NCBI GenBank assembly: GCA_963799845.1
Contig: CAWCYI010000004.1
Location: forward strand, 1,728,001 to 1,792,000
Reading direction: 5' to 3'
Length of the DNA stretch: 64,000 nucleotides
DNA from: an uncultured Nitrososphaerota archaeon
GTDB taxonomy: Archaea > Thermoproteota > Nitrososphaeria > Nitrososphaerales > CADDZS01
Position numbers and translations under genes: made by a program. The notes under the pieces were generated by a model, which did no database searches, was not told the DNA's origin, and saw only the letters and a program-made list of their open reading frames with translations. This document shows positions 51,112-61,537 of the stretch, in pieces; position 1 is the stretch's first letter; each line of letters begins with the position of its first letter.

Positions 51112-52242
51112 ATGAAGATTTCCAGGACATTAGACGAAGCTGACCTAGAGGATCTGGTGATTGGTGCCACAATCCTATCATCCGGAGGAGGAGGCTCGGT
51201 TGAGAACGCGTTTAGGATAATAAGGAAAATATCGGAAAAAGGGCTTGCACCGCACCTTGTTGACCCTGCCGGATTACCCGCAAAGGCTCTCGTTTTTGCT
51301 CCCGGCGATGTTGGTGGAGGGATAACGTCGGAAGAAGAAAAAAGGTTTGAGAGGGTCTACAAAACGAAGATCCCGATAAAGTGGAAACGGTGGCCGTGGG
51401 ATAAATGGTCGTCCGCATCAATAGCGGAACTTGCCAAATATCTGGGCCGGGAACCTGACGCGTTTCTGGCGATGGAAGCAGGTCCCGGTTCTTTTCTCAG
51501 CGTGATCTTCGAAGCAGCCGAAAGCGGAAAGCCGACGATCGATGGTGATACTGTCGGACGCGCGGTTCCTGAGATGACGATGTCGAAACTTTTTCTCAAT
51601 AATACGAGAGTTCTCGCCTCGGCTTCGACATCGCACTTTGGAGATATTATCATCTTGAAACAGATCCCCAATTTCAGGAGAATGGAAGATATCGTCAGGT
51701 CGTTCGCGAGTGCCTCGGGAGGAGGTGTGGGACTAGTTTCTGCGTTCGAAGGATCTACTGTCAGCAGAGGGACGATACCAAATTCAATTTCGCGATGCAT
51801 CAAGCTCGGTAGAGAGGTACGGACTTCTCCGATGAAGGACCTGTTGAAGACTGTCCTAGAAGAGACACGTGGAAAGATCCTATTTGTCGGGAAAGTGGAT
51901 AAAGTGGAATCCGAGCCCAGGCTCGGATATCTATTCGGGTCTTATTTGATGACCGGCACCGGCGAATATCGAGGGGCCAAGCTCAAAATCTGGTTCAAGA
52001 ACGAGAACCACGTAGCTTGGAAGAACGGGAGGCCGGTTGCCACATCTCCTGACACGATTACAATTTTTGATCCTGAGAAAAGACAGGGAATGTGGAATTG
52101 GGACGTGGTTCCAAGAGACAGGGAGTTAATTGTACTCGGAATACCTGCGGATAATATTTGGAAAACAAAAAGGGGTCTCGAAGTTCTGGGCCCCAGAGCT
52201 TTCGGTTTTGATATTGAGTACAGGCCGGTTCGCGCCGGCTAA
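51112..52242 (+). CDS. DUF917 family protein (thiohydantoin desulfurase-like), paralogue 1
   Basis: GATILSSGGGG, DGDTVGRAVPE, WFKNEN, PD.I and GPRAFG motifs. Confidence 0.9.
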   Translation: MKISRTLDEADLEDLVIGATILSSGGGGSVENAFRIIRKISEKGLAPHLVDPAGLPAKALVFAPGDVGGGITSEEEKRFERVYKTKIPIKWKRWPWDKWSSASIAELAKYLGREPDAFLAMEAGPGSFLSVIFEAAESGKPTIDGDTVGRAVPEMTMSKLFLNNTRVLASASTSHFGDIIILKQIPNFRRMEDIVRSFASASGGGVGLVSAFEGSTVSRGTIPNSISRCIKLGREVRTSPMKDLLKTVLEETRGKILFVGKVDKVESEPRLGYLFGSYLMTGTGEYRGAKLKIWFKNENHVAWKNGRPVATSPDTITIFDPEKRQGMWNWDVVPRDRELIVLGIPADNIWKTKRGLEVLGPRAFGFDIEYRPVRAG

Positions 52243-52997
52243 TAGCGCAGGTCCTTCATGAAATCTTCTATCGCTTGTGTGATGTTCTTCGCGGCTCCCT
52301 CTATCATGTTCTTTCCCCATTCCCTGTTTGCCTTGGTCGCATCTCCGAGAATTCCGGATGAAGTAACATCCTTGAACGTCCTGAATGTGGACGTGTAGAA
52401 GCCCTCCGACATCTTGATCGCTTCAGAAGCCTGGGGCATCTCCCGTTTCGCCCTTTCGATTTTGACCTGATCCGGTCTCAGATAGAGAGTCCAGGAAGTC
52501 TCCTGCGCGTTAGCGTGAAAGCCATCGTCGAAACTGATTCCCTTGCCGAGCTCCTTCGGGATAAAGTCCCACCAGTTGAAACCGATAACCTTCTTTGGAG
52601 AGAGCTCGTTTCTCGATTCGGCCGTGGCTATTGACAGCGCTGCCGTATTGCCTCCGTGGCCGTTGATGAAGATTACAGGATCAAAACCGTGGGAGGTGAG
52701 AGACCGCGCATAGTCCTTGACTACTGCGATGAACGTCTGTGCCTGCAGTGTAATGGTTCCGGGAAAAGGCATGTGGTGTGCGGACACGCCGGGTCGGAGT
52801 GGTGGCGCTACGACGCACCCCAGCTGCATTGCTACCAAGATGGACACCTCAAGAGGTGCAACGACATCTGAATAAAGTGGTAGATGTGGACCATGCTGCT
52901 CGATCGAACCGGTGGGTACTAGAATCGTCTTGGTCTGTTTCAGCAATTCCTGAACATCAGGCCATGTCATTTCTTCCAGAAAGATTGAATTTGGCAA
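52239..52997 (-). CDS. Creatininase/creatinine amidohydrolase family protein
   Basis: GSIEQHGPHLP..SD, NGHGGN, HA...ETS and SGILGD motifs; start approximate. Confidence 0.92.
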   Translation of the reverse strand: MPNSIFLEEMTWPDVQELLKQTKTILVPTGSIEQHGPHLPLYSDVVAPLEVSILVAMQLGCVVAPPLRPGVSAHHMPFPGTITLQAQTFIAVVKDYARSLTSHGFDPVIFINGHGGNTAALSIATAESRNELSPKKVIGFNWWDFIPKELGKGISFDDGFHANAQETSWTLYLRPDQVKIERAKREMPQASEAIKMSEGFYTSTFRTFKDVTSSGILGDATKANREWGKNMIEGAAKNITQAIEDFMKDLRY

Positions 52998-53222
52998 TTT
53001 TATTGTGCTACCTTTGGGTTCTAAGATCAGAGTGCACTCTATTAAATTTCTGGAAAGACATTCCCCTTTATAGGAGAGCAAGGTTTCTTACTCTCAGAAT
53101 TTAAGCCTGAATTTCTCGAGGAAAATTTGTATGACCAGTCTGCAAATGCACAAGGCGTGTCCAAAAAGTCACGATATCACTCAATGATTATATTTTTCGG
53201 AGAATCTCAGGTATAGAGCACG

Positions 53223-54281
53223 TTGAGTAAGAGAGGCTACACCGACTACCATGAGAGGATACCGCCGGGATGGCGTATAGCTCCAGTCGATCGCTGGCCG
53301 ATCAACAATCACGATTCGGGTCAAACGCCAAATTTCGATGTAGGAAAGTGGAGGTTCAGGACGTATGGTGAAGTAGAAAACCCACTCGACATAACGTATG
53401 AAGAATTCCGGAATCTTCCGCATATTACAAAGACGCTTGACCATCACTGCATCGATGGTTGGAGTTATCTCGGTCAGGTGTGGAACGGCGTCGACATTTC
53501 CGTCATAAAGGAAAAGACAAAAGTCCGGAAAAGTGCTTGCTACATTTTGGTTGAGAGTAGCCAAGGTCTGAGCCAGACGTTTCCAATAGGCCAGGATCTC
53601 TTGCTTGCGGATGGCCAGAATGGGTCAGTCCTGCCGAGACCCGCCGGGTATCCGCTGCGGATAGTGGCTCCAGGAGAATTCGGAATGAAAAGCACGAAGT
53701 GGGTTGAGAAGATCAAGTTTTGCAGCGAGCGGGAAGTCGATGCACTGGATAGGATGGTCATGCAGAACGGCCTGTACGAATTGTACTCCGAGAAATTGAG
53801 TGACTTCAATCCATGGACTGTCGATAATAAAGAGAGAAAGAAATTTCTCTGCAAGAATTTCGCCGCTGGAGTCGAGGCGGTGAGGTTTAAGAAAAAGCAG
53901 GAATTTCTCGACAGTAACGATGCGATCTCTTCAGAAACTTTTGCACTTTGCAAGCTAGGCGACCTAAAGGAGAATGCAGGTTCAAAGTTTGTAATTAACG
54001 GAAACGAGATTCTTGTGGTAAAGTCAGGGAACTTGATCTACGGGGTAGAGCCAATTTGTCCTCACCTTGGTTCAGATTTGTCTCGCGGAAGGGTCAACTG
54101 CGATGCCAAAACCGTCAAATGTCCCTTGCATGGCGCGGTGTTTGATATTGCTAGTGGGACATGCCTAAGCGGCAGCTATGGATGCGACGGCGATACTTTT
54201 CCTCCAATCCGAACTTACCGGATAAAGGTAGAATCTGATACCGTATTCCTTGAAAGAAATCAGGAATGGGGAACGATTTAG
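53223..54281 (+). CDS. Molybdopterin-dependent oxidoreductase domain (sulfite oxidase/MsrP-like) fused to a C-terminal Rieske ferredoxin
   Basis: HCIDGWS (Mo-ligating Cys) and GYPLRIVAPGEFGMKSTKWV, followed by CPH...CPLHG. Confidence 0.85.
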   Translation: MSKRGYTDYHERIPPGWRIAPVDRWPINNHDSGQTPNFDVGKWRFRTYGEVENPLDITYEEFRNLPHITKTLDHHCIDGWSYLGQVWNGVDISVIKEKTKVRKSACYILVESSQGLSQTFPIGQDLLLADGQNGSVLPRPAGYPLRIVAPGEFGMKSTKWVEKIKFCSEREVDALDRMVMQNGLYELYSEKLSDFNPWTVDNKERKKFLCKNFAAGVEAVRFKKKQEFLDSNDAISSETFALCKLGDLKENAGSKFVINGNEILVVKSGNLIYGVEPICPHLGSDLSRGRVNCDAKTVKCPLHGAVFDIASGTCLSGSYGCDGDTFPPIRTYRIKVESDTVFLERNQEWGTI

Positions 54282-55352
54282 GACAGGTTGAACGCGCTGG
54301 GACTGACAAGCTTTATGAGCTTCCTCAGACAGCCACTTCTCCGCGACCGGGATCTTGAAGACCTTGCAACGATTGCCGTACCTCAACTGATCTGTCGTTA
54401 TTGGAAGAAGAGATTCTAGATCGTGGATTGAAATTATCTGGGGCGTGGCGACGATCGTCTCTTCATTCTGCTCGAGTATGCGCTTGGCAATCAGAAACTC
54501 GTTCTGGAACAAGATCTTGAGTTTCTGGTCGCGATAGTGATCAATCCCTTCTATCAAAACATGGCCGATCGCAAAGCCCCTGAGATTGAATCTCTTCAGG
54601 TCAGTCACCTTCCCAACGAAGATTTCCTTCGCCCCGCATGAGTCGATCAGCGATTGCTCTGCTTCCTTGTTTTTCATCCCTTCGAGAAGCGATTCCCCGA
54701 TGTTTAGGGCGAGGCTGAGCGTGTTGGGGATTGCACTTTTTCTGTATCCAGCGCCATTCATTGGATGGCTGGCTACGCATCCTCGTCCACCCATCGCGAC
54801 GGTTATGGATCTGGCGAGCTTTTCTGTCCATGAATCGGAAAGACCGTTTATGATGACCTCGTTACCCTTCTCGTCGGAAATGCACATCGGGCTTGCTCTC
54901 TGGCCGTAAGCGTTGAAAGTTGTCATCTGAAGCTCGGGAAAAGCTCTTCCTTCTCCATCGCCATCGATTACGGGCAGCTTCACGTAGACCGCATTTATGA
55001 AGGGGACCAGCGAGTTGATCCCTCCGATTTCTGCGGGAGAAAGGTGCGTCGCATTTCTCCCGATGATCTTTTCAAGACTTCTGGTCGACCTCGCATACTC
55101 GGTTCCCGCGGGAATCTTTTCAACGCCGATCGTGGGCGATCCCATGCCGGCAATGCAGAAAGAAAAATGTGAATCATCGATTTCATCGAAAGGCGTAACC
55201 TCCAGCTCCTCGACTTGGAATCTTTCCATCGCTGATTTTAGAAGAAGCGCGCCAAGGTACGGATTTCCGCCCCCTCCTGACCCGAGGACAGCGCTGCCAA
55301 GCGCGAGAGAGTCAATGTTTGATTTTCTGAATTTCCTGAGCTCAGATCTCAT
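54278..55352 (-). CDS. DUF917 family protein, paralogue 2; +1 frameshift at ~54313
   Basis: GSAVLGSGGGG, EIGGINS, DGDGEGRAFPELQM and FQNE motifs. The corrected end HKLVSPSAFNLS* stops at 54278, which removes a 117-bp antisense overlap. Confidence 0.9.
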
Positions 55353-55469
55353 GCAGTAGTCATGATTCCTTCAGACTAAGTCTACCTTTGAAGGACGCCT
55401 GACCATAAGAAAGAAGAAAGTGTATCCTTCCTTATGATTGGGAGGATAGATTGAGGTGTCCTTCGGAGC

Positions 55470-57188
55470 CTATGATTTGTAATACACGTTGTACAGACCG
55501 TACTCAAAGCTGGGACCCAGGGAATAGGTGTACCCGCCGACGTGCGGGGACAACGCCACGAAGTACGGGGCAATGTCCAGGTATACATCCACGTAATTCT
55601 GAGTGATGTCTGTCTGGAGCTGGTAGAAGTACTGCTGTCTCTGGGCGTCGTTTATTGTTGTCCTCTCCTGTGTAAGAAGGCTATCTACAGTTGAGTTGCT
55701 GAACCACTCCATGGAAATCCACGTGCCGTGAGCTGAAGATGAATACGGGGAGTAGAGCAACGAATCAACATCTGGATAGAAAGGCAGGAATTCGATGATT
55801 GTAAAGTCAGGCGTCGAAGTAACATTCGCTGCAATCTGAGTGACGGTAAGGAACGTTTGGGGCTGGATGTTTACCGTGACGCCGATCTGCCCCAGATCCT
55901 TCTGGAATTCCTCGGCTATCTGTTGTTCCTGAATGCTGCCCTGGACATACACTATAGTAAGAGCTTGAGCACCCGGGTTGACTCCTGAACTAGTAATCGC
56001 CGCTTTGGCTGCGCTAATGTTTTGTGAAAGTGGCTTTACAGCCGAGTTATAGTCCTTGTAGGATTGCGGAACAGGACCGGCGAGCTGGACACCGCCAGGG
56101 AAAATATAGGGCAGTGACGAGTAATTGAAAGCTAGCGCGACTGCCTTTCTGAAAAGGGTGCTATTCAGCGGGGCCTTCTGGGTATTCATCTTGATCATGT
56201 AGAAGGTCGCGGTCGAATAGTTCATGAATTGCCAGCCCAAAGACGAGTGTAGAGACTGGTATGTCGAGAGCTGAAGATAATCACTCACCCAGTCCAACGA
56301 GCCTTCTTTGGCAAGAGACAATACGGTGGCATCGGAAGTCACAATCGTGTAAGTGACTGTATTGTACGGGTGCGGGTTACTGGACCATCCCAGCCAATAT
56401 CCGGAGAATCTATCGATGGTAAGGGAAACTCCAGGTTGGTAGTTTCCGAGCATGTAAGGCCCAGATCCTGCTTCGTGGTTGTTCAGCCAGCCAGCTCCCC
56501 AGTCACCCATCGGGTTGCTCGATGAGGAATTTGCCAGGTGCTGCATTACGGTTTGCTGGTCTACGATGAAGAAAAGAGAAAGCGTGCTCACAAACGGGGC
56601 GTAGACTGTTTCGGTTTGCATCTGGACCGCCGAAGAATTCAGAGCTTTGATTCCGGAAGAGTTCAATATTCCTATCCAGAATGAAGCAGAACCCTCGCCG
56701 ATTGCAAGCATCCGCTGCATCGAGAAAACCACGTCGCTCGCATTTAGGATGTTCCCGCTGTGGAACTTGATGCCCTGATTAAGAATGAAAGTATACGTCT
56801 TGCCGTCGGATGCTGCGGTCCAGCTGCTGGCGACGTGCGGAATGATCGTCGAATTCGGAGCCTGCGTTACGAGGTTATCATACATGTTGTACATGGCAAG
56901 ATCTTGGGTGTAATCATTTCCAACCGCTGGGTCGATGTTTCCAAAGTCCTGCTGAACCTGCACATTCAGCGTAGGAGTCGATGCGTTTGATGCGGTAGAT
57001 GAGGTCGTAGAAGTGGTTGAAACCACAGGTGAACTTGAAGTGGTAATCGTTGACGAGGTTGAAGTCGTAGATGTGGTCGTTGATTTGGTAGATAACGCGA
57101 GGATCCCAGCTCCAGCGATGATTATTATTATGACGACGACTACGACAATCAGAGCGACTCTGCTAATGGCATGTCTAAAATTCTTCAA
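55470..57188 (-). CDS. Peptide/nickel-type ABC substrate-binding protein (family 5)
   Basis: N-terminal TM helix and Thr/Ser linker; DGKTYTF.L..GIKFHSG and GSGPY motifs. Confidence 0.92.
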   Translation of the reverse strand: MKNFRHAISRVALIVVVVVIIIIIAGAGILALSTKSTTTSTTSTSSTITTSSSPVVSTTSTTSSTASNASTPTLNVQVQQDFGNIDPAVGNDYTQDLAMYNMYDNLVTQAPNSTIIPHVASSWTAASDGKTYTFILNQGIKFHSGNILNASDVVFSMQRMLAIGEGSASFWIGILNSSGIKALNSSAVQMQTETVYAPFVSTLSLFFIVDQQTVMQHLANSSSSNPMGDWGAGWLNNHEAGSGPYMLGNYQPGVSLTIDRFSGYWLGWSSNPHPYNTVTYTIVTSDATVLSLAKEGSLDWVSDYLQLSTYQSLHSSLGWQFMNYSTATFYMIKMNTQKAPLNSTLFRKAVALAFNYSSLPYIFPGGVQLAGPVPQSYKDYNSAVKPLSQNISAAKAAITSSGVNPGAQALTIVYVQGSIQEQQIAEEFQKDLGQIGVTVNIQPQTFLTVTQIAANVTSTPDFTIIEFLPFYPDVDSLLYSPYSSSAHGTWISMEWFSNSTVDSLLTQERTTINDAQRQQYFYQLQTDITQNYVDVYLDIAPYFVALSPHVGGYTYSLGPSFEYGLYNVYYKS

Positions 57189-57306
57189 AGTTGAAACTTT
57201 GAAGGTGGTAAGCGACTTAGCTCTTAAGCTTAGCGGAATTCGTTAATCGGAAAAAAACGAAATTCGCACGCTTAAATATTATCCAGTGGTAGTTGCCTCC
57301 CATTCA

Positions 57307-58323
57307 ATGCGGTTTTGGGAGTACGTTTTTCGCAGAGCAATGCTCGCGCTCTTGACTCTCGTAGGACTTTCTGTTGTCATTTTTTATTTGTCCAGAGTCC
57401 TCCCCGCTGATCCGGGCAGACTTGCGCTGGGGCCGTATGCGAGCGAGCAACAGGTGAAATTATACGATCACCAGCTCGGGCTTGACAAGCCGATCTACGA
57501 ACAATATTTTCTCTATCTCTGGAACTTTATTCACGGACAGTGGGGACAATCGATAATCACCCACAACAATGTGCTTGCTGACGTTGAATACTATTTTCCA
57601 TCAACCTTTGAACTGATCACAATTTCGATAATTCTCACAGCGCTCATTGGGATACCTCTGGGAATAGTCGCGGCGAGCCGCCGCGGAAAGGGATCGTCAG
57701 CAGTGATTAGATTACTCTGGATAATCGGAATTGCGATACCTCCGTTTGCGACCGGAATCGCTTTACAGTTGATCTTCGGCTATTATCTCGACCTCCTGCC
57801 GGTCGCGACCCAGATCAGCGGAGCTCTGCCGACGAGGATCACCGGAATGGTTTTGGTCGACAGCCTGCTCACACTTAACTGGCCAGCGTTCGTGAGCTCT
57901 TCCGCACATTTGATCCTTCCCGAGATCGCACTTTCCCTTACCGGCATCGGGCAGATCGCCCAGTTGACCTACGCTGGAGTTCTTGACGAAACTGGTGAGG
58001 ATTACTACACCGCCCTAATCGCATTCGGAGCAAAGTCTAGATCGCTCAACTTCAAGTATGCAATGAGATCCGCTCTTGTTCCTGTTTTGACAGTTCTTGG
58101 TCTGCTCTACGCTTCTCTGATAGCTTACGCGTTTCTGGTCGAAGATGTGTTCACCTGGGGCGGACTGTCCCAGTACGCGGTGACCGCCATGCAGACAAAG
58201 GATTTCAACGCGATTGTCGCGACCGTCCTCATAGTTGGCTTCTTCTACATCGTGCTTAATTTCCTCGTGGATATTGCCCTCGGATATGTTGATCCCAGAA
58301 TGAGATTGGATGGAGCAGAATGA
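57307..58323 (+). CDS. ABC permease (DppB/OppB-like)
   Basis: GLDKPIYEQY, FPSTFEL, VEDVFTWGG and VDPRMR motifs. Confidence 0.92.
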   Translation: MRFWEYVFRRAMLALLTLVGLSVVIFYLSRVLPADPGRLALGPYASEQQVKLYDHQLGLDKPIYEQYFLYLWNFIHGQWGQSIITHNNVLADVEYYFPSTFELITISIILTALIGIPLGIVAASRRGKGSSAVIRLLWIIGIAIPPFATGIALQLIFGYYLDLLPVATQISGALPTRITGMVLVDSLLTLNWPAFVSSSAHLILPEIALSLTGIGQIAQLTYAGVLDETGEDYYTALIAFGAKSRSLNFKYAMRSALVPVLTVLGLLYASLIAYAFLVEDVFTWGGLSQYAVTAMQTKDFNAIVATVLIVGFFYIVLNFLVDIALGYVDPRMRLDGAE

Positions 58324-59207
58324 CCGAGACATTAACAAAACCGCCAAAAGGTGAGAGGTTCAAGGAACTCACAAACCAGCTTTACCGTTTGACGTATGAT
58401 CCGCTCGCGATAGGCGGCCTGGTAATCTTGGCAGGGATCATCTTCGTCGCGATCTTTGCTCCGTTCCTTACCCCATATGCAAATCAGGTGGGGCCTTACA
58501 CGAACTTTGCGGCGGAGTATATGCATCCGTCGTGGGCTCACTGGTTCGGGACGGACAATGTTGGAAAGGATATTTTCACCCAGGTTATCTTTGGTTTCAG
58601 AATTTCGCTTTCAATTGCGTTGGTAGTCCTCGTGGCGAGCGCCCCTGTTGGAATCGTGCTCGGCCTGGTCGCGGGGTACTACGAAGGATGGATAGGAGCG
58701 TTAATCCAAAGGGTCACCGAGATATTTCTGTCGCTGCCCGCCCTAATTTTCGCACTCGTAATCGCGGCCATCCTCGGTCCAAACCTTCAGGACGTAATAA
58801 TCGCCCTGATCAGCCTCTGGTGGAACTGGTATGCGAGGATAATGTATACCGTGACAAAATCACTCAAAAATCGCCCTTACGTGGAAGCAGCCAAAGTGCA
58901 GGGAGCCGGGCCCTTGCGAATAATGTTCAGGGAGATCCTTCCGAATGCGACATCGACCCTGACCGCGAAGATGATGCTCGATCTGGGCTTCATCATACTG
59001 ATAGAATCGGCCATGGGGTTCCTCGGGATTGGGGCACAGCCGCCAACGCCTGATCTTGGAGTGATGGTGGCCTCTGGGCTTCCATACCTCGCGACGTACT
59101 GGTGGATTTCGCTTTTCCCGAGTCTTGCTCTGACTGTCCTCGTCCTCTCCTTCAACTTAATCGGAATCGGGATAAGGGATCTCTTTGACGTGAAGGTGGT
59201 CGCCTAG
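58320..59207 (+). CDS. ABC permease (DppC/OppC-like)
   Basis: HWFGTDNVGKD, YVEAAK..GA and EILPN motifs. Confidence 0.92.
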   Translation: MTETLTKPPKGERFKELTNQLYRLTYDPLAIGGLVILAGIIFVAIFAPFLTPYANQVGPYTNFAAEYMHPSWAHWFGTDNVGKDIFTQVIFGFRISLSIALVVLVASAPVGIVLGLVAGYYEGWIGALIQRVTEIFLSLPALIFALVIAAILGPNLQDVIIALISLWWNWYARIMYTVTKSLKNRPYVEAAKVQGAGPLRIMFREILPNATSTLTAKMMLDLGFIILIESAMGFLGIGAQPPTPDLGVMVASGLPYLATYWWISLFPSLALTVLVLSFNLIGIGIRDLFDVKVVA

Positions 59208-60185
59208 ATGTCGCTGCTTGAAATTGACAAGCTGAATCTCAGCGTTACCGCCAATCGGATCAAGGTACCGATTTTAAGGAATGTAAGTATCAATGTGGAG
59301 AAGGCCGAGGTCGTAGCGATCGTGGGAGAAACCGGGAGTGGGAAGACGCTCACGGCGAAAGCGGTAATGGGCATTCTCCCCAAGAACTCCATCATCGATT
59401 CTGGGCATGCATTCTATGAGGGAGTCGACATACTTACTTCCTCATCTGAAGCCCGCAAGGCTCGAAAAAAGATCGCTATGGTATTCCAGAACCCGATGTC
59501 ATCCCTGAATCAACTTTTCAAGATAAAGGATCAGATGAGCGACGTTTTGAACTGGTCCGGCGTCGACAAATCGCAGATGACAAAGGAGACACGGATCGAC
59601 AAAATTATTTCGACTCTGGAACAGGTGAAATTAGGGCAAAACGCACTTGACATGTATCCCTTCCAGCTGAGCGGGGGGATGAGACAAAGGGTGATGATAG
59701 CGATGTCACTCTTGCGCGAGCCAGATCTCCTGATAGCAGATGAACCAACAACTGCGCTCGACGTTACAACGCAGAGGGAGATACTGAACCTGCTCCAGGA
59801 GCTCGCTGGCAAGAACAAGATGAGCCTCTTGCTCATCACGCACAATTTGGGAATCGCTTTTGAGACTGCCGAGCGGACCTACGTATTCTACGCCGGAAGG
59901 GTCGTGGAAGAGGGCACAACCTCATCCTTGTTTCGGAACCCTCTGCATCCATACACCCGAGGCCTCATTGATTCGATCCCGTCTCTGGACAGGTCCAGGG
60001 CGATGGAGGGAATTCGAGGAGAGATTTCTCAGGACGACAGGAGCACCGAATCGTGCTGCTTCAACAGGAGATGTCCAATCGCGATTGAGATCTGCACGAA
60101 GGAAGAGCCGCAGCTGGAAGAACTGGAGTCGCGACACCGAGTGGCGTGCTTTGTGGCGAGTCAGAGGGCGAGGCGAACGAAGTGA
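59208..60185 (+). CDS. ABC ATPase (DppD/OppD-like)
   Basis: GETGSGKT, LSGGMRQR, DEPTTALD and HPYT motifs, plus a C-terminal Cys cluster. Confidence 0.93.
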   Translation: MSLLEIDKLNLSVTANRIKVPILRNVSINVEKAEVVAIVGETGSGKTLTAKAVMGILPKNSIIDSGHAFYEGVDILTSSSEARKARKKIAMVFQNPMSSLNQLFKIKDQMSDVLNWSGVDKSQMTKETRIDKIISTLEQVKLGQNALDMYPFQLSGGMRQRVMIAMSLLREPDLLIADEPTTALDVTTQREILNLLQELAGKNKMSLLLITHNLGIAFETAERTYVFYAGRVVEEGTTSSLFRNPLHPYTRGLIDSIPSLDRSRAMEGIRGEISQDDRSTESCCFNRRCPIAIEICTKEEPQLEELESRHRVACFVASQRARRTK

Positions 60186-61139
60186 AACAAATTTTTGAAG
60201 TAGACCAGGTCTCCAAGACGTTTGAGCTTCGAACCGGCTTGACGCGAAAGAAGGTGGGAGAAGTTAGGGCAGTTGACAATGTCTCATTCAGTGTCGGTCG
60301 GGGAGAGACGCTCGGAATCATCGGCGAAACTGGATCTGGCAAGACGACGATAGCGAAGATGCTGTTGCTACTCGTTAGACCTGATTCGGGGAAGATACTC
60401 TTCGAGGATCGCGATATCTCCTCATTTTCCAAGTCAGAGGAGAAAGATTACAGGAAGAAGGTTCAAACCGTGTTCCAGGACCCGACTTCGTCTCTCAATC
60501 CGAGGCACAATGTGAAGACGATCATCGAATCTCCGCTCAAGATTCATCACGAGGAATTCAAGAAGCGAATCCCCGACCTGTTGAAACTCGTCAATCTAGA
60601 CGAATCTTACGAGTACAGATATCCGCATACACTGAGCGGGGGAGAGAAACAGCGCGTAGCTGATCGCCCGTGCCCTGGCTTTAAACCCTGAGGTTATCAT
60701 CCTGGACGAACCTACTTCCGCACTTGACGTATCCGTACAGGCAAAGATAATTGCTCTGTTGAAAAGCTTCAAAGAAAAGCTCGATATCACCTATCTCTTT
60801 ATCTCGCATGACCTGAGTCTCGTCGCGAACTTTTGCGATCGAACTCTGGTTGTTTACAACGGAAAAATGTGCGAGATGGGAAAAACTTCGGAGATTTTCA
60901 AAAATCCGATCCATCCGTACACCGAACTCTTGCTTTCTTCTGTCCCAGTCGTCAGCGAGTCGGAGGAAAACATGAAGCCGAAGGACGTGCCAATCCAAAC
61001 GAATTCAAGATCCGTCAGATACACAGACGGCTGCGTTTTTCGCGACAAGTGCTGGTTGAAGCAGAGCATCTGCGAGACGCGGGTGCCGGAGTTCAGGGAG
61101 GTTTCCCAGGATCACTGGGTCGCCTGCCACGTGAGGTGA
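60182..61139 (+). CDS. ABC ATPase (DppF/OppF-like); +1 frameshift at ~60662
   Basis: LSGGEKQRVA|IARALALNPEVIILDEPTSALD is restored by removing one base. Confidence 0.9.
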
Positions 61140-61145
61140 AATGCG

Positions 61146-61478
61146 ATGACTTCTGACGACGATGAAAACGGTGAACACAAATCGAGGTCTTCGATCGGAG
61201 CTTCGCGGTTCTTTGTCTGGTACGGAAATAGAAGGAGACGAGGGATGCTTGACGATGCAAGACTGTCGTTCAGGGATTATCTCGTGAAAATTGGATTAAT
61301 TTTTGCGTTCATGCTGCTCGACCTGATTTTCTTTCCTTCCTTGGTTCAGATTTTAATCCCGATCTCCACCGATTTCTACGTAGCGTGGGCGGCCGGCGGA
61401 TTGTTGCTGGTATTTGTCGAAAAAAAGATGCTCGACAGAATCTTGCCGCCGCGGAAAATACCTACGAGCAATCAGTGA
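61146..61478 (+). CDS. Hypothetical two-TM membrane protein
   Basis: In-operon ORF with two hydrophobic helices. Confidence 0.6.
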   Translation: MTSDDDENGEHKSRSSIGASRFFVWYGNRRRRGMLDDARLSFRDYLVKIGLIFAFMLLDLIFFPSLVQILIPISTDFYVAWAAGGLLLVFVEKKMLDRILPPRKIPTSNQ

Positions 61479-61537
61479 ATTAATTTCTCACGAGTGTTGG
61501 AAGATTTAATAGCTGAAAATCCGTTCGAGGCTAATTC

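Noticed and set aside
54165-54281. Long antisense overlap between DUF917 copy 2 and the Moco-Rieske gene
   Set aside because: Artefact of the frameshift at ~54313; the corrected gene stops at 54278.
56980-57150. Low-complexity repeat-like DNA
   Set aside because: It encodes the Thr/Ser linker and poly-Val/Ile TM helix of the SBP, not a separate repeat element.
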